IMG/VR virus record: IMGVR_UViG_3300019776_000324
Coordinates: 248,001-312,000 of that record
Direction: 5' to 3' (one strand)
DNA length: 64,000 nucleotides
The notes under the pieces are model-generated. The model did no database searches and had not been told where the DNA came from. It worked only from the letters and a program-made list of their open reading frames with translations. The translations under genes were made by a program, and so were the position numbers. Below are positions 10,020 to 19,306 of this stretch, piece after piece. Within the stretch, counting starts at the first letter, position 1. Every line of letters starts with the position of its first letter.

Positions 10020-10411
10020 TGAAACCAGCATTTTCACCACATCAAATTAAACAGTCAGATTTACGAGCATTAAAAAAGGATGTACTTGTGACTGATATGA
10101 GTTTTGATCATCGTATAACACAAGGCGGCCTGATACTGCTCAATGACAACGGTACTAGCTTGGGTATTCGTCCTCGCTGGGGTCGCGTTTACGCTATAGG
10201 ATCTGACCAAAAGGATGTGCATGTAGGGCAATGGATCTGTGTAGCACATGGTCGTTGGACTCGCGGAATCGACATTGAAGACGAATCTGGTAAACGCACT
10301 CTTCGTAAAATTGATCCTAAAGATATTTTATTAATCTCTGACTCAGCAGAAATGCCACAGGACGATAGTATGAGTACTGCTGTTCATGTGTCTAAACAAA
10401 CCAAAGAGTAA
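10019..10411 (+). CDS. GroES-like co-chaperonin
   Basis: T.GGLIL mobile-loop-like segment, G.V.AIG, V.VG..I, DILLI pattern. Confidence 0.75.
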   Translation: MKPAFSPHQIKQSDLRALKKDVLVTDMSFDHRITQGGLILLNDNGTSLGIRPRWGRVYAIGSDQKDVHVGQWICVAHGRWTRGIDIEDESGKRTLRKIDPKDILLISDSAEMPQDDSMSTAVHVSKQTKE

Positions 10412-10572
10412 TGAAAACAAACAAGACTGATTGCAAAACTTGCGGTAAACCATATTCGCCCATGTGCGACTACATGCAAGGTCGTTGTCCGCATCATCCA
10501 TCAATGATTAATACCTTGCAATTTAAAACAAGGCTAACAAATTTAATTAACTTTTTAACAGGAAAAAAATAA
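10411..10572 (+). CDS. Small Cys/His-rich (putative Zn-binding) protein, 53 aa, not in ORF track
   Basis: MKTNKTDCKTCGKPYSPMCDYMQGRCPHH...; TAATG coupling to upstream gene. Confidence 0.6.
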   Translation: MKTNKTDCKTCGKPYSPMCDYMQGRCPHHPSMINTLQFKTRLTNLINFLTGKK

Positions 10573-10573
10573 C

Positions 10574-10762
10574 ATGGCACTAACTAAACCAAAAAAATCA
10601 CAATTAGAACATCCGGATCCAAAATTGCATCGCAATATTAGTTTTGTTAAAAGTGGATTCCGTATTGTTGCTGGTGCACTACTTTGCACAGGCCAATTGT
10701 TTGCCGCTGGTGCTTTCCTAATTCTAGCAGAAGCATTGGGCGTTGTTGAGGAACTAGTATGA
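10574..10762 (+). CDS. Small membrane protein
   Basis: 62 aa, hydrophobic C-terminal half, AGGA RBS. Confidence 0.65.
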   Translation: MALTKPKKSQLEHPDPKLHRNISFVKSGFRIVAGALLCTGQLFAAGAFLILAEALGVVEELV

Positions 10763-10974
10763 AAAAGTTAATTCACCAAGTCGATGAACAAAGCGGATCG
10801 GTATATCAACTGTGGGCAGAACTTACTGAATGCATGCGTCCAGAAGGCTACAAGAGTTTGAAATTTACCAGCACATACACAGGTAGCAAAGAGCCAGAGA
10901 AGCCTTGGAACAAGGGTGAATTCTTTTTGCCGCCAGAAGCCCTACAAAATCTCAAAGATCTTTTGGATGCCTAA
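10759..10974 (+). CDS. Hypothetical protein
   Basis: ATGA overlap, GAGG RBS. Confidence 0.6.
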   Translation: MKKLIHQVDEQSGSVYQLWAELTECMRPEGYKSLKFTSTYTGSKEPEKPWNKGEFFLPPEALQNLKDLLDA

Positions 10975-11117
10975 TGACTCCGAAGTGGTTGCAAAAGTTA
11001 CGCGACCAGCGTAAAATCAAAGAACAAGAAGAATTAATCAAGGCGCTAAAACGCCCTGAGAATGAACCACGCCGTAGACCGGCAGCTAAATTTTCAAATA
11101 ATATGGGACCGAAATGA
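10974..11117 (+). CDS. Small basic hypothetical protein, 47 aa, not in ORF track
   Basis: MTPKWLQKLRDQRK...; TAATG and ATGA couplings on both sides. Confidence 0.55.
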   Translation: MTPKWLQKLRDQRKIKEQEELIKALKRPENEPRRRPAAKFSNNMGPK

Positions 11118-12034
11118 AACAACTTTGGGTAGAAAAGTATAGACCAACTACAGTAGATGGTTATGTGTTTGTTGATGATAATCAACGAAAGCAAGTACAA
11201 GCATGGATTAAAGATGGAACTATTCCGCAATTATTGTTTAGCGGAAGTCCGGGCACAGGTAAAACTACCTTGGCTAAAATGTTAATCAACGAACTCAAGG
11301 TTGATGAATATGATGTTATGTATGTTAACGGATCCAAGGAAGGTCGTAAGATTGAGTGGGTTACTAAATTAGAATCGTTTTGTCAAACCATGCCTTATGG
11401 CACATTTAAGGTTGTATTGATCGACGAAGCAGACTACATGAATCAGCAGTCAGTACAGCCAGCACTTCGTAACTTGATGGAAGACTACAGTGAAACAGTT
11501 AGATTTATTTTGACTTGTAACTATCCTAACAAGATTATTCCACCGCTACATTCAAGGCTACAACAGTTTCATATTCTTAAAACTGATCATACAGAGTTTA
11601 CGGCTAGAGTGGCCACAGTGTTGGTTGAAGAAGGTGTTGAATTTGATATTGACACCCTAGACAGTTATGTTCGCGCTACCTATCCAGACTTGCGCAAGTG
11701 TTTAAATCTTGTACAACAAAACAGCATCAGCGGATCGTTAAATGCGCCTAGCAGTGCAGATAAGAGTGTAGGTGACTGGAAGTTGGACTGTGTAGAATTA
11801 TTCAAGCATGGCAAGATTCGCGAAGCTCGTACATTGTTGTGTCAACAAAGCACACCAGAAGAAGCTGATGAAATCTTCCGTTGGATGTATGACAACTTAG
11901 ACTTGTGGTCAACTGATCCGCACAAGCAAGATCAAGCTATTGTTATTATTCGCAATGGATTAGTTAATATTCCATTGGTAGCAGATCAAGAAATTAACTT
12001 GTCAGCAACTATTACAGAACTATGTCAACTATAA
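11114..12034 (+). CDS. Sliding-clamp loader AAA+ subunit (T4 gp44/RFC-small-like)
   Basis: LWVEKYRP, GSPGTGKTT Walker A, LIDEAD Walker B, FILTCN, SRL arginine finger, DLRK..N. Confidence 0.93.
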   Translation: MKQLWVEKYRPTTVDGYVFVDDNQRKQVQAWIKDGTIPQLLFSGSPGTGKTTLAKMLINELKVDEYDVMYVNGSKEGRKIEWVTKLESFCQTMPYGTFKVVLIDEADYMNQQSVQPALRNLMEDYSETVRFILTCNYPNKIIPPLHSRLQQFHILKTDHTEFTARVATVLVEEGVEFDIDTLDSYVRATYPDLRKCLNLVQQNSISGSLNAPSSADKSVGDWKLDCVELFKHGKIREARTLLCQQSTPEEADEIFRWMYDNLDLWSTDPHKQDQAIVIIRNGLVNIPLVADQEINLSATITELCQL

Positions 12035-13195
12035 ATGGATCGAGACTATTATTGCTCGATGAAATTCAAGTATCTTAAAGTAGATCTTGAATCAAATCTA
12101 ACTTATTGTTGCCATGCTGCTACACCGCATGCCATTGACAAACAGTGGCTAAAGGAAAATCCAGGGCAACTGTTTAATACACCATTGATACACAAAGAGC
12201 GTACAATGATGTTGAATAACCAGCGTAATAGTAGTTGCGAGCAAAATTGTTGGCCTGCCGAAGACAAAGGCGCTACTAGTCCTAGAATATATCAACACGG
12301 TATTGAAAAGACGCACACTGATATCAATGTACAGCCAGAAGAAATTGAATTTACAGTAACCAGCGAATGTAATTTAACTTGCTCGTATTGCTGTAAAGAA
12401 TACAGTACAGCTTGGAAACGAGATTTACTGGACAACGGCGATTACGGGCTTGATGACAACAGATATAAACTCATTGACAAAGATAAAATATTATACCGGT
12501 TATCACAAAACGAAAAAATAAATTCAAAACAGTATCAAACTTTACTCAATGAAGTTAGTCTTATTACAGATGCTAATGTTAGAGAATTTACAATTACCGG
12601 TGGTGAACCGTTTTTAAATAACCAGCTAATGTCAGTGGTTGAGCTGGCTCGATCATGTGGTAAACTTATAATCTATACTGGACTTGGTATAGCTAACACA
12701 CGATTTGAAAAGATTCTGGAGCAGTTAAAAGACTATCCTAACTTGGAATTGCGCATCAGTGCAGAAAACATTGGAAAAAAATTAGAGTTTAATCGATACG
12801 GCATCAATTCAGATGAGTTCTTACACAAGGTTGAACTTATAAAACAGTCGGGCATTAAGCATGTATTTCACCTGACTCTAACAAACTTAACAATATTCGG
12901 ACTGGCAGAATTTTATGAAAAATTTGCAGGCACCAAGTTACTGATCACTTATGCATATCAACCCGAGTTCATGGCAATCAATGTACTTGACAATGCAAGC
13001 AAGCAACAGTTACTAAAAGAGCTAGTTGCACTTCCAGAATTACACTATAATAGGATCACGCAATCAATTGCAGAGACTCCAACTGATCAACAACGAGCTG
13101 ACTTAAAAATGTTCATCAACAAATTTGCCTCTAGACGAAATTTAGATTTAAATATCTACCCAACTAACTTTATTAACTGGATTAACCAACAATGA
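12035..13195 (+). CDS. Radical SAM protein with N-terminal auxiliary Cys (SPASM/twitch-like) domain
   Basis: CNLTCSYC, TGGEP; N-terminal C..CC..C...C. Confidence 0.85.
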   Translation: MDRDYYCSMKFKYLKVDLESNLTYCCHAATPHAIDKQWLKENPGQLFNTPLIHKERTMMLNNQRNSSCEQNCWPAEDKGATSPRIYQHGIEKTHTDINVQPEEIEFTVTSECNLTCSYCCKEYSTAWKRDLLDNGDYGLDDNRYKLIDKDKILYRLSQNEKINSKQYQTLLNEVSLITDANVREFTITGGEPFLNNQLMSVVELARSCGKLIIYTGLGIANTRFEKILEQLKDYPNLELRISAENIGKKLEFNRYGINSDEFLHKVELIKQSGIKHVFHLTLTNLTIFGLAEFYEKFAGTKLLITYAYQPEFMAINVLDNASKQQLLKELVALPELHYNRITQSIAETPTDQQRADLKMFINKFASRRNLDLNIYPTNFINWINQQ

Positions 13196-13494
13196 GATAC
13201 TTACTATTAACTTACTATCACAAAGCTTCAGGTCAAATTGACGAAGCTATGGCTGTCAGCACTCGGGTGCGTACAAAGGATTGGCAAACAGCCAATGTCA
13301 TTTTGGACTTTAAAGAACTCAAAGTTCTCAAATGCTCAATGCGTGATACTACAGTACCCAAGGACTGGGATAGAATTGTCAGCTATTACTACCCATTTTA
13401 TACCAACATCATTGAACGCTTGTTTCACGAAAACGGGCATGAAATTGATTTGGGTAACAAACCCCCTGCTACTACGGAGTCTGTAGCTGGTTGA
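13192..13494 (+). CDS. Hypothetical protein
   Basis: 100-aa ORF, ATGA overlap. Confidence 0.65.
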   Translation: MRYLLLTYYHKASGQIDEAMAVSTRVRTKDWQTANVILDFKELKVLKCSMRDTTVPKDWDRIVSYYYPFYTNIIERLFHENGHEIDLGNKPPATTESVAG

Positions 13495-13519
13495 CCATTA
13501 ATTCCGATTCAAGTATAAT
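13491..13519 (+). promoter_or_regulatory. sigma70-type promoter TTGACC-17-TATAAT
   Basis: Near-consensus; ATG 13526 is 6 nt downstream. Confidence 0.75.
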
Positions 13520-13525
13520 AATACT

Positions 13526-14134
13526 ATGAAATCGAAATTTAAGAACCTAAGCAAACTTATCCTAACTGACTGTGATGGCGTATGCCTTGACTGGGAGTGG
13601 GCCTTTAATGTTTGGATGCAGGAGCATGGTTTCGAAGAAGTGCCCGGTAGCAAACTCAGCTACGATATGGGCAAACGCTACGGCATCAGCAGAGATCAAG
13701 TAGTTAAACTGATCAAAGTGTTTAACGAGTCAGCGGCAATTGGATTCTTACCAGCACAGCGGGATGCCATGTACTATATCAAACGCTTGCATGAAGAATA
13801 CGGTTTCCGTTTCCATGCTATTACTAGTGTTAGTTTAGATCCTAATGCTATTAAATTGCGTGAAATGAATATCCACAAGTTGTTTGGTGATGCATTTGAA
13901 CGGGTTGTATGCCTGGATACTGGTGCACACAAAGACGAAGCCTTGGAAGAATACGAAGGCACTGGTTGCTGGTGGATCGAAGACAAAATTGAAAATGCCG
14001 AAGCAGGCTATAGGGCAGGACTGAAATGCCTTCTGGTAGAGCACGGTCATAACATGCACTACTACCACGAAGGCATTCAGCTGGTTAAAAACTGGCGTGA
14101 AATCTTTGAATTGATTTCAGGTCAGTCAGCGTAA
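13526..14134 (+). CDS. HAD-superfamily 5'(3')-deoxyribonucleotidase-like protein (T4 30.2-like)
   Basis: ILTDCDGV motif I, IT-S motif II, K and IEDK motif III/IV. Confidence 0.8.
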   Translation: MKSKFKNLSKLILTDCDGVCLDWEWAFNVWMQEHGFEEVPGSKLSYDMGKRYGISRDQVVKLIKVFNESAAIGFLPAQRDAMYYIKRLHEEYGFRFHAITSVSLDPNAIKLREMNIHKLFGDAFERVVCLDTGAHKDEALEEYEGTGCWWIEDKIENAEAGYRAGLKCLLVEHGHNMHYYHEGIQLVKNWREIFELISGQSA

Positions 14135-14859
14135 AGGTCTAGCACAGAGTCAATAATACTATGACGCTGAATGTCGCGATTATCTAAATCACAAACGGCT
14201 ATACCTTTTACACCCCCTTCCTTCAATCTTTTGCACAAATCTGCAAGGCCATTGTTAGCCTTACTACGGTCAGCTTGTTCCACATCTCCTGTGATAACAA
14301 TTTTACTATTTTCCCCGATACGGGTCATTAGCATCTTACACTGAGCTGGTGTTGCGTTCTGCATTTCATCAGCAATAATATAAGCGTTCTTAAAGGTACG
14401 ACCACGCATAAAGGCCAGTGGGGCAATCTCAATTTTTTGCTCCTCAATCATGGCTTGAATATCAGGTTGGCGATAGTACTCGCGCAAGATATCAGTAAGC
14501 GGGCGAACCCATGGGTCCATCTTTTGATTCAAGTCTCCGGGCAAGAACCCGTGCTTTTCATCATCTACACCCACTGCTGGGCGTGTTAATATAATGCGTT
14601 CTACAGCTCCTTCACGAAATGCTTTTACAGCGGCTAACATGGCCAGATAGGTTTTACCTGTACCAGCTGGACCGGCTGTGACCACAATATGTTGACCATC
14701 ATCTTGTAAAGCCAATACCAAACGCTCTTGATTCCTTGTGCGCGGCACGATATCAATGGGTCGTTGTTTTACTGGTTTTACCTGATCAAATCTTATGGTG
14801 TTTTCTTGGTTTGTCATTAGTTGACGCTTTTGTGATTTTACTGCGCTTTTTCTACTCAA
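14122..14859 (-). CDS. phoH: PhoH-like ATPase
   Basis: GPAGTGKT, LTRPAV, GFLPG, FMRGRT, DEMQN, TGD..Q.D. Probable TTG start at 14859 after GGAG. Confidence 0.95.
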   Translation of the reverse strand: MSRKSAVKSQKRQLMTNQENTIRFDQVKPVKQRPIDIVPRTRNQERLVLALQDDGQHIVVTAGPAGTGKTYLAMLAAVKAFREGAVERIILTRPAVGVDDEKHGFLPGDLNQKMDPWVRPLTDILREYYRQPDIQAMIEEQKIEIAPLAFMRGRTFKNAYIIADEMQNATPAQCKMLMTRIGENSKIVITGDVEQADRSKANNGLADLCKRLKEGGVKGIAVCDLDNRDIQRHSIIDSVLDLYAD

Positions 14860-15036
14860 AGTTAACTCCGTTGTAGTTAGAAATAAAACTGACAGCACCC
14901 TGCTGTCCAAGATATTTACGGAGTATTCACAGTGAGTTTAGTGTGGGTAGTAAATGATTTAAAATAGTCATAAGTATTAGGCTGTCCACCCAAATATCAA
15001 ACTTCTACTAGTATATAAACTACCATAAATAACTAT

Positions 15037-15609
15037 ATGGATCAAGAACTCTTTAAAGACCACGCAGATTATTGGCAAGTTGCCGAAAACATTCGCGACA
15101 TTTACATGTCAGAAGGATCATTGCTTACATTATTAGACTTTGAGCGTGTGCTTGATGAGCTAGATATCTATGCATTTAAAAACTGGGCTCTGGGCGAATT
15201 AGTAGCCGGTCCAGAAGTAACCAAATACCGTGTAGCCTGCACATTTATGTGGCCTGAAAAACTCATGCCAGACCCAAGAGGTGCCCGCAGATTATTACCA
15301 TTTGATTGTAAAGTACTTTACAAACGAACCAACATGAAAGTGCCTGTTAAGATTGAAGATCCAAGTGATTATCGTCCTGGCACACACAAAGCTAAGATTG
15401 AAGAAAAGAAAGTATGGCTAGTAGAAATTACTATGCCTAAAGCCTTGATGAGCGACATTCGTACAGGTAGTATCGAATTAGAAGATCAAGACATTGATTT
15501 AGCAGATTTAGATGATGCGTACGAGAAGGATCTAGATCAAGACAGTTATCAAAATGATGAGCAAGCCGACAATGCACAACAACAACTCCAACAACCAGCC
15601 CCTATTTGA
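15037..15609 (+). CDS. Hypothetical late protein (acidic C-terminus)
   Basis: TAAATA 5 nt before ATG; 190-aa ORF. Confidence 0.7.
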   Translation: MDQELFKDHADYWQVAENIRDIYMSEGSLLTLLDFERVLDELDIYAFKNWALGELVAGPEVTKYRVACTFMWPEKLMPDPRGARRLLPFDCKVLYKRTNMKVPVKIEDPSDYRPGTHKAKIEEKKVWLVEITMPKALMSDIRTGSIELEDQDIDLADLDDAYEKDLDQDSYQNDEQADNAQQQLQQPAPI

Positions 15610-16135
15610 AAGTCTAGGATTTAAAGAACTAGAAGGCCTAATGAAGCCGACTATTCACATAGACGAATTTTCAAGTAAAATGGGTGACGATGATGACATT
15701 ATCGTTGTTAGTTTTTTTGTACGAGATCAACAAGCAGCCAAGGATCTCATGAATTGGTTTGAGCGTGGTTACGACTTTGTACTTGATGCTGATCGTAGCC
15801 CAGGTGAAATTAAACCTAATCGTTATCTAGTCTATGTAGAAATTCGCCGTCGCAGTAATGCTGGCAGTAATGTAGAAACCTTATTGGACGATCTTAATAC
15901 TCTAACCGAATATGAAGATAGTGCAGATTGGACCATGCACTACAAAGGTGAAGAAATTCCTTTTAGTCGCGATGCGTTTGATGCCACAGTTCCACTTAGT
16001 CCAAAAGCCTATCGCGATCGTTATGAAACAGATCTCAACGAAATGCGTATTGCAGCAGGTATGCCAGTGGTTGCCACATACGACAAAAAAGATCCTGAAT
16101 TACAAGCAATCCAATCAGCCGCAGGATTAATTTAA
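15554..16135 (+). CDS. Hypothetical protein
   Basis: ORF track; true start possibly 15572. Confidence 0.7.
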   Translation: MMSKPTMHNNNSNNQPLFESLGFKELEGLMKPTIHIDEFSSKMGDDDDIIVVSFFVRDQQAAKDLMNWFERGYDFVLDADRSPGEIKPNRYLVYVEIRRRSNAGSNVETLLDDLNTLTEYEDSADWTMHYKGEEIPFSRDAFDATVPLSPKAYRDRYETDLNEMRIAAGMPVVATYDKKDPELQAIQSAAGLI

Positions 16136-16166
16136 CTGTAATCTAAAAGTAGGTATATAATTACCT

Positions 16167-16862
16167 ATGAATCTTAAAAGTTTTGGATGCAGTTTTATTT
16201 TTGGCACTGACTTAAACGGCCCCACACAACCAAATTCTCGAATTCATCCTAGTCAACTGACTTGGCCAGCTCACTTGGCCAAACATCTTGGGCGCACTTA
16301 TAAATGCTATGCTCGTCCAGCTGCTGGAAATTTACAAATATTAGAAAAAATACTCAATCGAATTTGTACCAGCGACGAGTCTGATTTGTTTGTGATTGGA
16401 TGGACTTGGATTGATCGATTTGATTATTATCCTTCTGTTCCGCCTACTCCGGGACAAACTCCTTGGCGCACTGTTATGCCATCTGATTCAGATGATTTAT
16501 CTAAGGTTTATTATAGAGATTTGCACTCTGAATACCGCGACAAACTTACCAGCTTGTCGTATATCAAACTGGCTATTGATACTTTAAATCAAAAAAATAT
16601 TCCATTTATTATGACTTACATGGATCGTTTATTATTTGATCAGCAATGGCATGTGAGTCCGGCTGTAAAAGACCTACAAGAGTATATAAAGCCTTACATG
16701 ACTGAATTTGATGGCAAAACTTTTTTAGACTGGAGTCGAGAAAACGGCTATCCAGAATCCGCAAGCTGGCACCCATTACACACAGCACATAAAGAAGCAG
16801 GGGATTACATGATTAAAATGTTTGATAGTGCTCAACCCAGCACAATAAGTATTACACAATAA
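16167..16862 (+). CDS. SGNH/GDSL-hydrolase-like protein
   Basis: FGCSF, A.P.AGN, C-terminal WHP...AH; paralog of 62899-63579. Confidence 0.55.
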   Translation: MNLKSFGCSFIFGTDLNGPTQPNSRIHPSQLTWPAHLAKHLGRTYKCYARPAAGNLQILEKILNRICTSDESDLFVIGWTWIDRFDYYPSVPPTPGQTPWRTVMPSDSDDLSKVYYRDLHSEYRDKLTSLSYIKLAIDTLNQKNIPFIMTYMDRLLFDQQWHVSPAVKDLQEYIKPYMTEFDGKTFLDWSRENGYPESASWHPLHTAHKEAGDYMIKMFDSAQPSTISITQ

Positions 16863-16878
16863 CAGCGAGAATGAAACT

Positions 16879-17718
16879 ATGACACAACGCATTTTAATCA
16901 TGGGCCTACCTGGCGCAGGCAAAACAACATTAGCGGCAGAACTTAAAAAGTATTTAGAAGCGCACGGCGAGATTAGTTATGGTCGTGCGTTAAACGAACA
17001 CATCGGCGATTTAAATGCTCAAGTAACTTGGTTCAATGCCGACGATATTCGTCGCAAGTACAACGACTGGGATTTTAGTAACGATGGTCGTATTCGTCAA
17101 AGCATGCGTATGTTTCAATTTAGTATGGAAGCCGGCGGCGACTATGTTATTTGCGACTTTGTTGCTCCTTTGGTAGAAATGCGTAACAACTTCAAAGCCG
17201 ACTGGACTATTTGGATGGACACTATCCGTGAAGGGCGTTACGCAGATACCAATGCGGCCTTTGTTGAGCCCGAAGTATATGACTTCCGTGTTACAGAACA
17301 AAACGCAGAAAAGTGGGCAGAGTTTATCGGTGAGCATATTATTAGCAATCGCCGTAGACCTACTTTTGATTGGCAAAAAGAAACAGTACAGATGCTGGGC
17401 CGTTGGCAACCTTGGCATGACGGACACCGCGCCTTGTTTGAACGAGCTATTGCTAAAACAGGACAAGTAGTCATACAAATCCGCGACTGTCAAGGCTGGC
17501 AAGGTAGTAACCCGTTTGAAATAGAACGAGTCAAAGCATTTATCAAGCGTGATCTAGATCCTATCTATCAAGGGCAGTATGAAATACAAGTAGTGCCTAA
17601 CATTGTAAACATTACTTACGGGCGTGATGTGGGTTATAAAATTGAACAAGAATCATTTGATGAAACAATTACAGACATCAGTGCTACAAAGATTCGTAAA
17701 GAGCTGGGCCTTAAATAA
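16879..17718 (+). CDS. Adenylylsulfate-kinase-like P-loop domain fused to cytidylyltransferase-like (HxGH) domain
   Basis: GLPGAGKTT, NADDIR, DFS..GR; then GRWQPWHDGH and ISATKIR. Confidence 0.8.
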   Translation: MTQRILIMGLPGAGKTTLAAELKKYLEAHGEISYGRALNEHIGDLNAQVTWFNADDIRRKYNDWDFSNDGRIRQSMRMFQFSMEAGGDYVICDFVAPLVEMRNNFKADWTIWMDTIREGRYADTNAAFVEPEVYDFRVTEQNAEKWAEFIGEHIISNRRRPTFDWQKETVQMLGRWQPWHDGHRALFERAIAKTGQVVIQIRDCQGWQGSNPFEIERVKAFIKRDLDPIYQGQYEIQVVPNIVNITYGRDVGYKIEQESFDETITDISATKIRKELGLK

Positions 17719-17923
17719 CACAGAGACTGCTACTCGCAGTTTTGTTAAAGCCTACTCCTATCGTTGCTGTGGGACTTTAACCACCATTGTAATATCCTAC
17801 ATAATAACTGGGCAGTTTATTGTTAGCCTGGGCATAGGTGCCACAGAAATGGTTGTTAAACCGTTTATATACTGGTGCCACGAACGAGTTTGGTCCAGGG
17901 TAAAGTGGGGTACAAAACGGTAA
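17624..17923 (+). CDS. DUF2061-like small membrane protein (true start probably near 17705)
   Basis: ET..RS..KA.SYR ... K..IY..HER.W..V.WG. Confidence 0.7.
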   Translation: MMWVIKLNKNHLMKQLQTSVLQRFVKSWALNNTETATRSFVKAYSYRCCGTLTTIVISYIITGQFIVSLGIGATEMVVKPFIYWCHERVWSRVKWGTKR

Positions 17924-17951
17924 ATATTGGTATCAAGGAGCATGCCAATAT
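17924..17951 (+). promoter_or_regulatory. 10-bp hairpin overlapping the late promoter (TAAATA 17921-17926), RBS in loop, endolysin start codon in stem
   Basis: ATATTGGTAT-CAAGGAGC-ATGCCAATAT. Confidence 0.7.
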
Positions 17952-18573
17952 GGAAATTACACAACAACAACTACAACAAATTATACCAAACAATCCTTAT
18001 GTGGATCATTGGTGCGAAGCATTAAACTCAATATTACCAGATTATGAAATCAACACACCACAGCGTGTGGCTGCTTTCCTAGCACAGTGCGCTCATGAGT
18101 CCGGTGGATTCACAGCACTACATGAAAACTTAAACTATCGTGCCGCTACATTGCGCAAGGTATTTCCTAAGTATTTCCCAACAGACGAACTAGCAGAGCA
18201 GTATGCTAGTCAGCCCAACAAGCAAGAACTAATTGCCAATCGTGTTTATGCTAATCGCATGGGCAATGGCGACGAAGCGTCAGGTGATGGTTATCGTTAC
18301 TGCGGTCGTGGATTGATTCAACTTACAGGCAAAAACAACTATCAATCATTTGCTGACAGTTTAGAAATGCCTGTTGAATCAGTACCAGAGTTCTTACAAA
18401 CATTCGAAGGCGCTATTCAATCAGCTTGCTGGTTCTGGGAAGCCAACAACTTGAATCAATATGCTGACATAGATGATATCCTTACCATGACCAAGCGTAT
18501 TAACGGTGGCACAATTGGCCTAGAAGATCGTACAAAACACTACGAACACGCCAAACATATCTTTGGAGCATAA
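17950..18573 (+). CDS. Endolysin, glycoside hydrolase family 19
   Basis: R.AAFLAQ..HESGGF...ENLNY, GRGLIQLTG..NY, A.WFW, TKRINGG..GL.DR; start MEITQQQ after AAGGAG. Confidence 0.92.
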   Translation: MEITQQQLQQIIPNNPYVDHWCEALNSILPDYEINTPQRVAAFLAQCAHESGGFTALHENLNYRAATLRKVFPKYFPTDELAEQYASQPNKQELIANRVYANRMGNGDEASGDGYRYCGRGLIQLTGKNNYQSFADSLEMPVESVPEFLQTFEGAIQSACWFWEANNLNQYADIDDILTMTKRINGGTIGLEDRTKHYEHAKHIFGA

Positions 18574-18574
18574 T

Positions 18575-19003
18575 ATGTGGATTTTAAAATGGTTACCAGA
18601 CTTTGTATTCTACTTGATCTTGCTGGCGGGCCTAGCTGGCATTGCCGCTAGTTTTGTTCTCAAGTTCATTCCTTTTGTAGCACAGTATCGACTGCCTATT
18701 CAATGGGCCGCTGGCATTATGACTGCATTTGGTTTGTATATGGTAGGTGCTATCAGTGACAACAATGCTTGGTTGGCTCGTGTAAGTGACTTAGAAAAAC
18801 AAATAGCAGTAGCAGAAGCCAAGAGTGCAGAAGCCAACACAGTATTAGTAAGCAAGATTGCTGAAAAGCAAAAAGAGATTGCCGCTGTACAAGCAGATGC
18901 ACATGCTCGCGTACAACGAGCCGCTGCTAGTATGGATGCTCAATGTCGAGTACCAAGTGATGTTGTTAGTATATTAAATGATGCCGCAGGAGTTAAAAAA
19001 TGA
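18575..19003 (+). CDS. Putative inner-membrane spanin (Rz-like)
   Basis: N-terminal TM helices, coiled-coil periplasmic domain with C-terminal Cys; follows endolysin. Confidence 0.7.
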   Translation: MWILKWLPDFVFYLILLAGLAGIAASFVLKFIPFVAQYRLPIQWAAGIMTAFGLYMVGAISDNNAWLARVSDLEKQIAVAEAKSAEANTVLVSKIAEKQKEIAAVQADAHARVQRAAASMDAQCRVPSDVVSILNDAAGVKK

Positions 19004-19263
19004 AACTAGCCGTTGTATTATCAGCATTAATGTTAACTGCTTGCGTATCAGTTCCAGTTGAGCGCAAGTTCCCTAGTGTACCGGGTGAGTTGCAACAGCC
19101 ATGTCCTAACTTACAAACTATTGATCCTAGTACAACCAAGTTAAGCACAGTAGTAGATACTGTAGTTACTAACTATGGACAGTATCGCGAGTGTCAATAC
19201 AAAGTTGAAGCGTGGAACGAGTGGTACACTAAACAGAAAGAAATATTTGATAGCGTAAAGTAA
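19000..19263 (+). CDS. Putative outer-membrane spanin (Rz1-like lipoprotein)
   Basis: Lipobox LTAC, Pro-rich segment, Y..C motif. Confidence 0.75.
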   Translation: MKLAVVLSALMLTACVSVPVERKFPSVPGELQQPCPNLQTIDPSTTKLSTVVDTVVTNYGQYRECQYKVEAWNEWYTKQKEIFDSVK

Positions 19264-19306
19264 AACAAATAATAGACATAACAAAAATAATAATAAAGGA
19301 GCAAAT

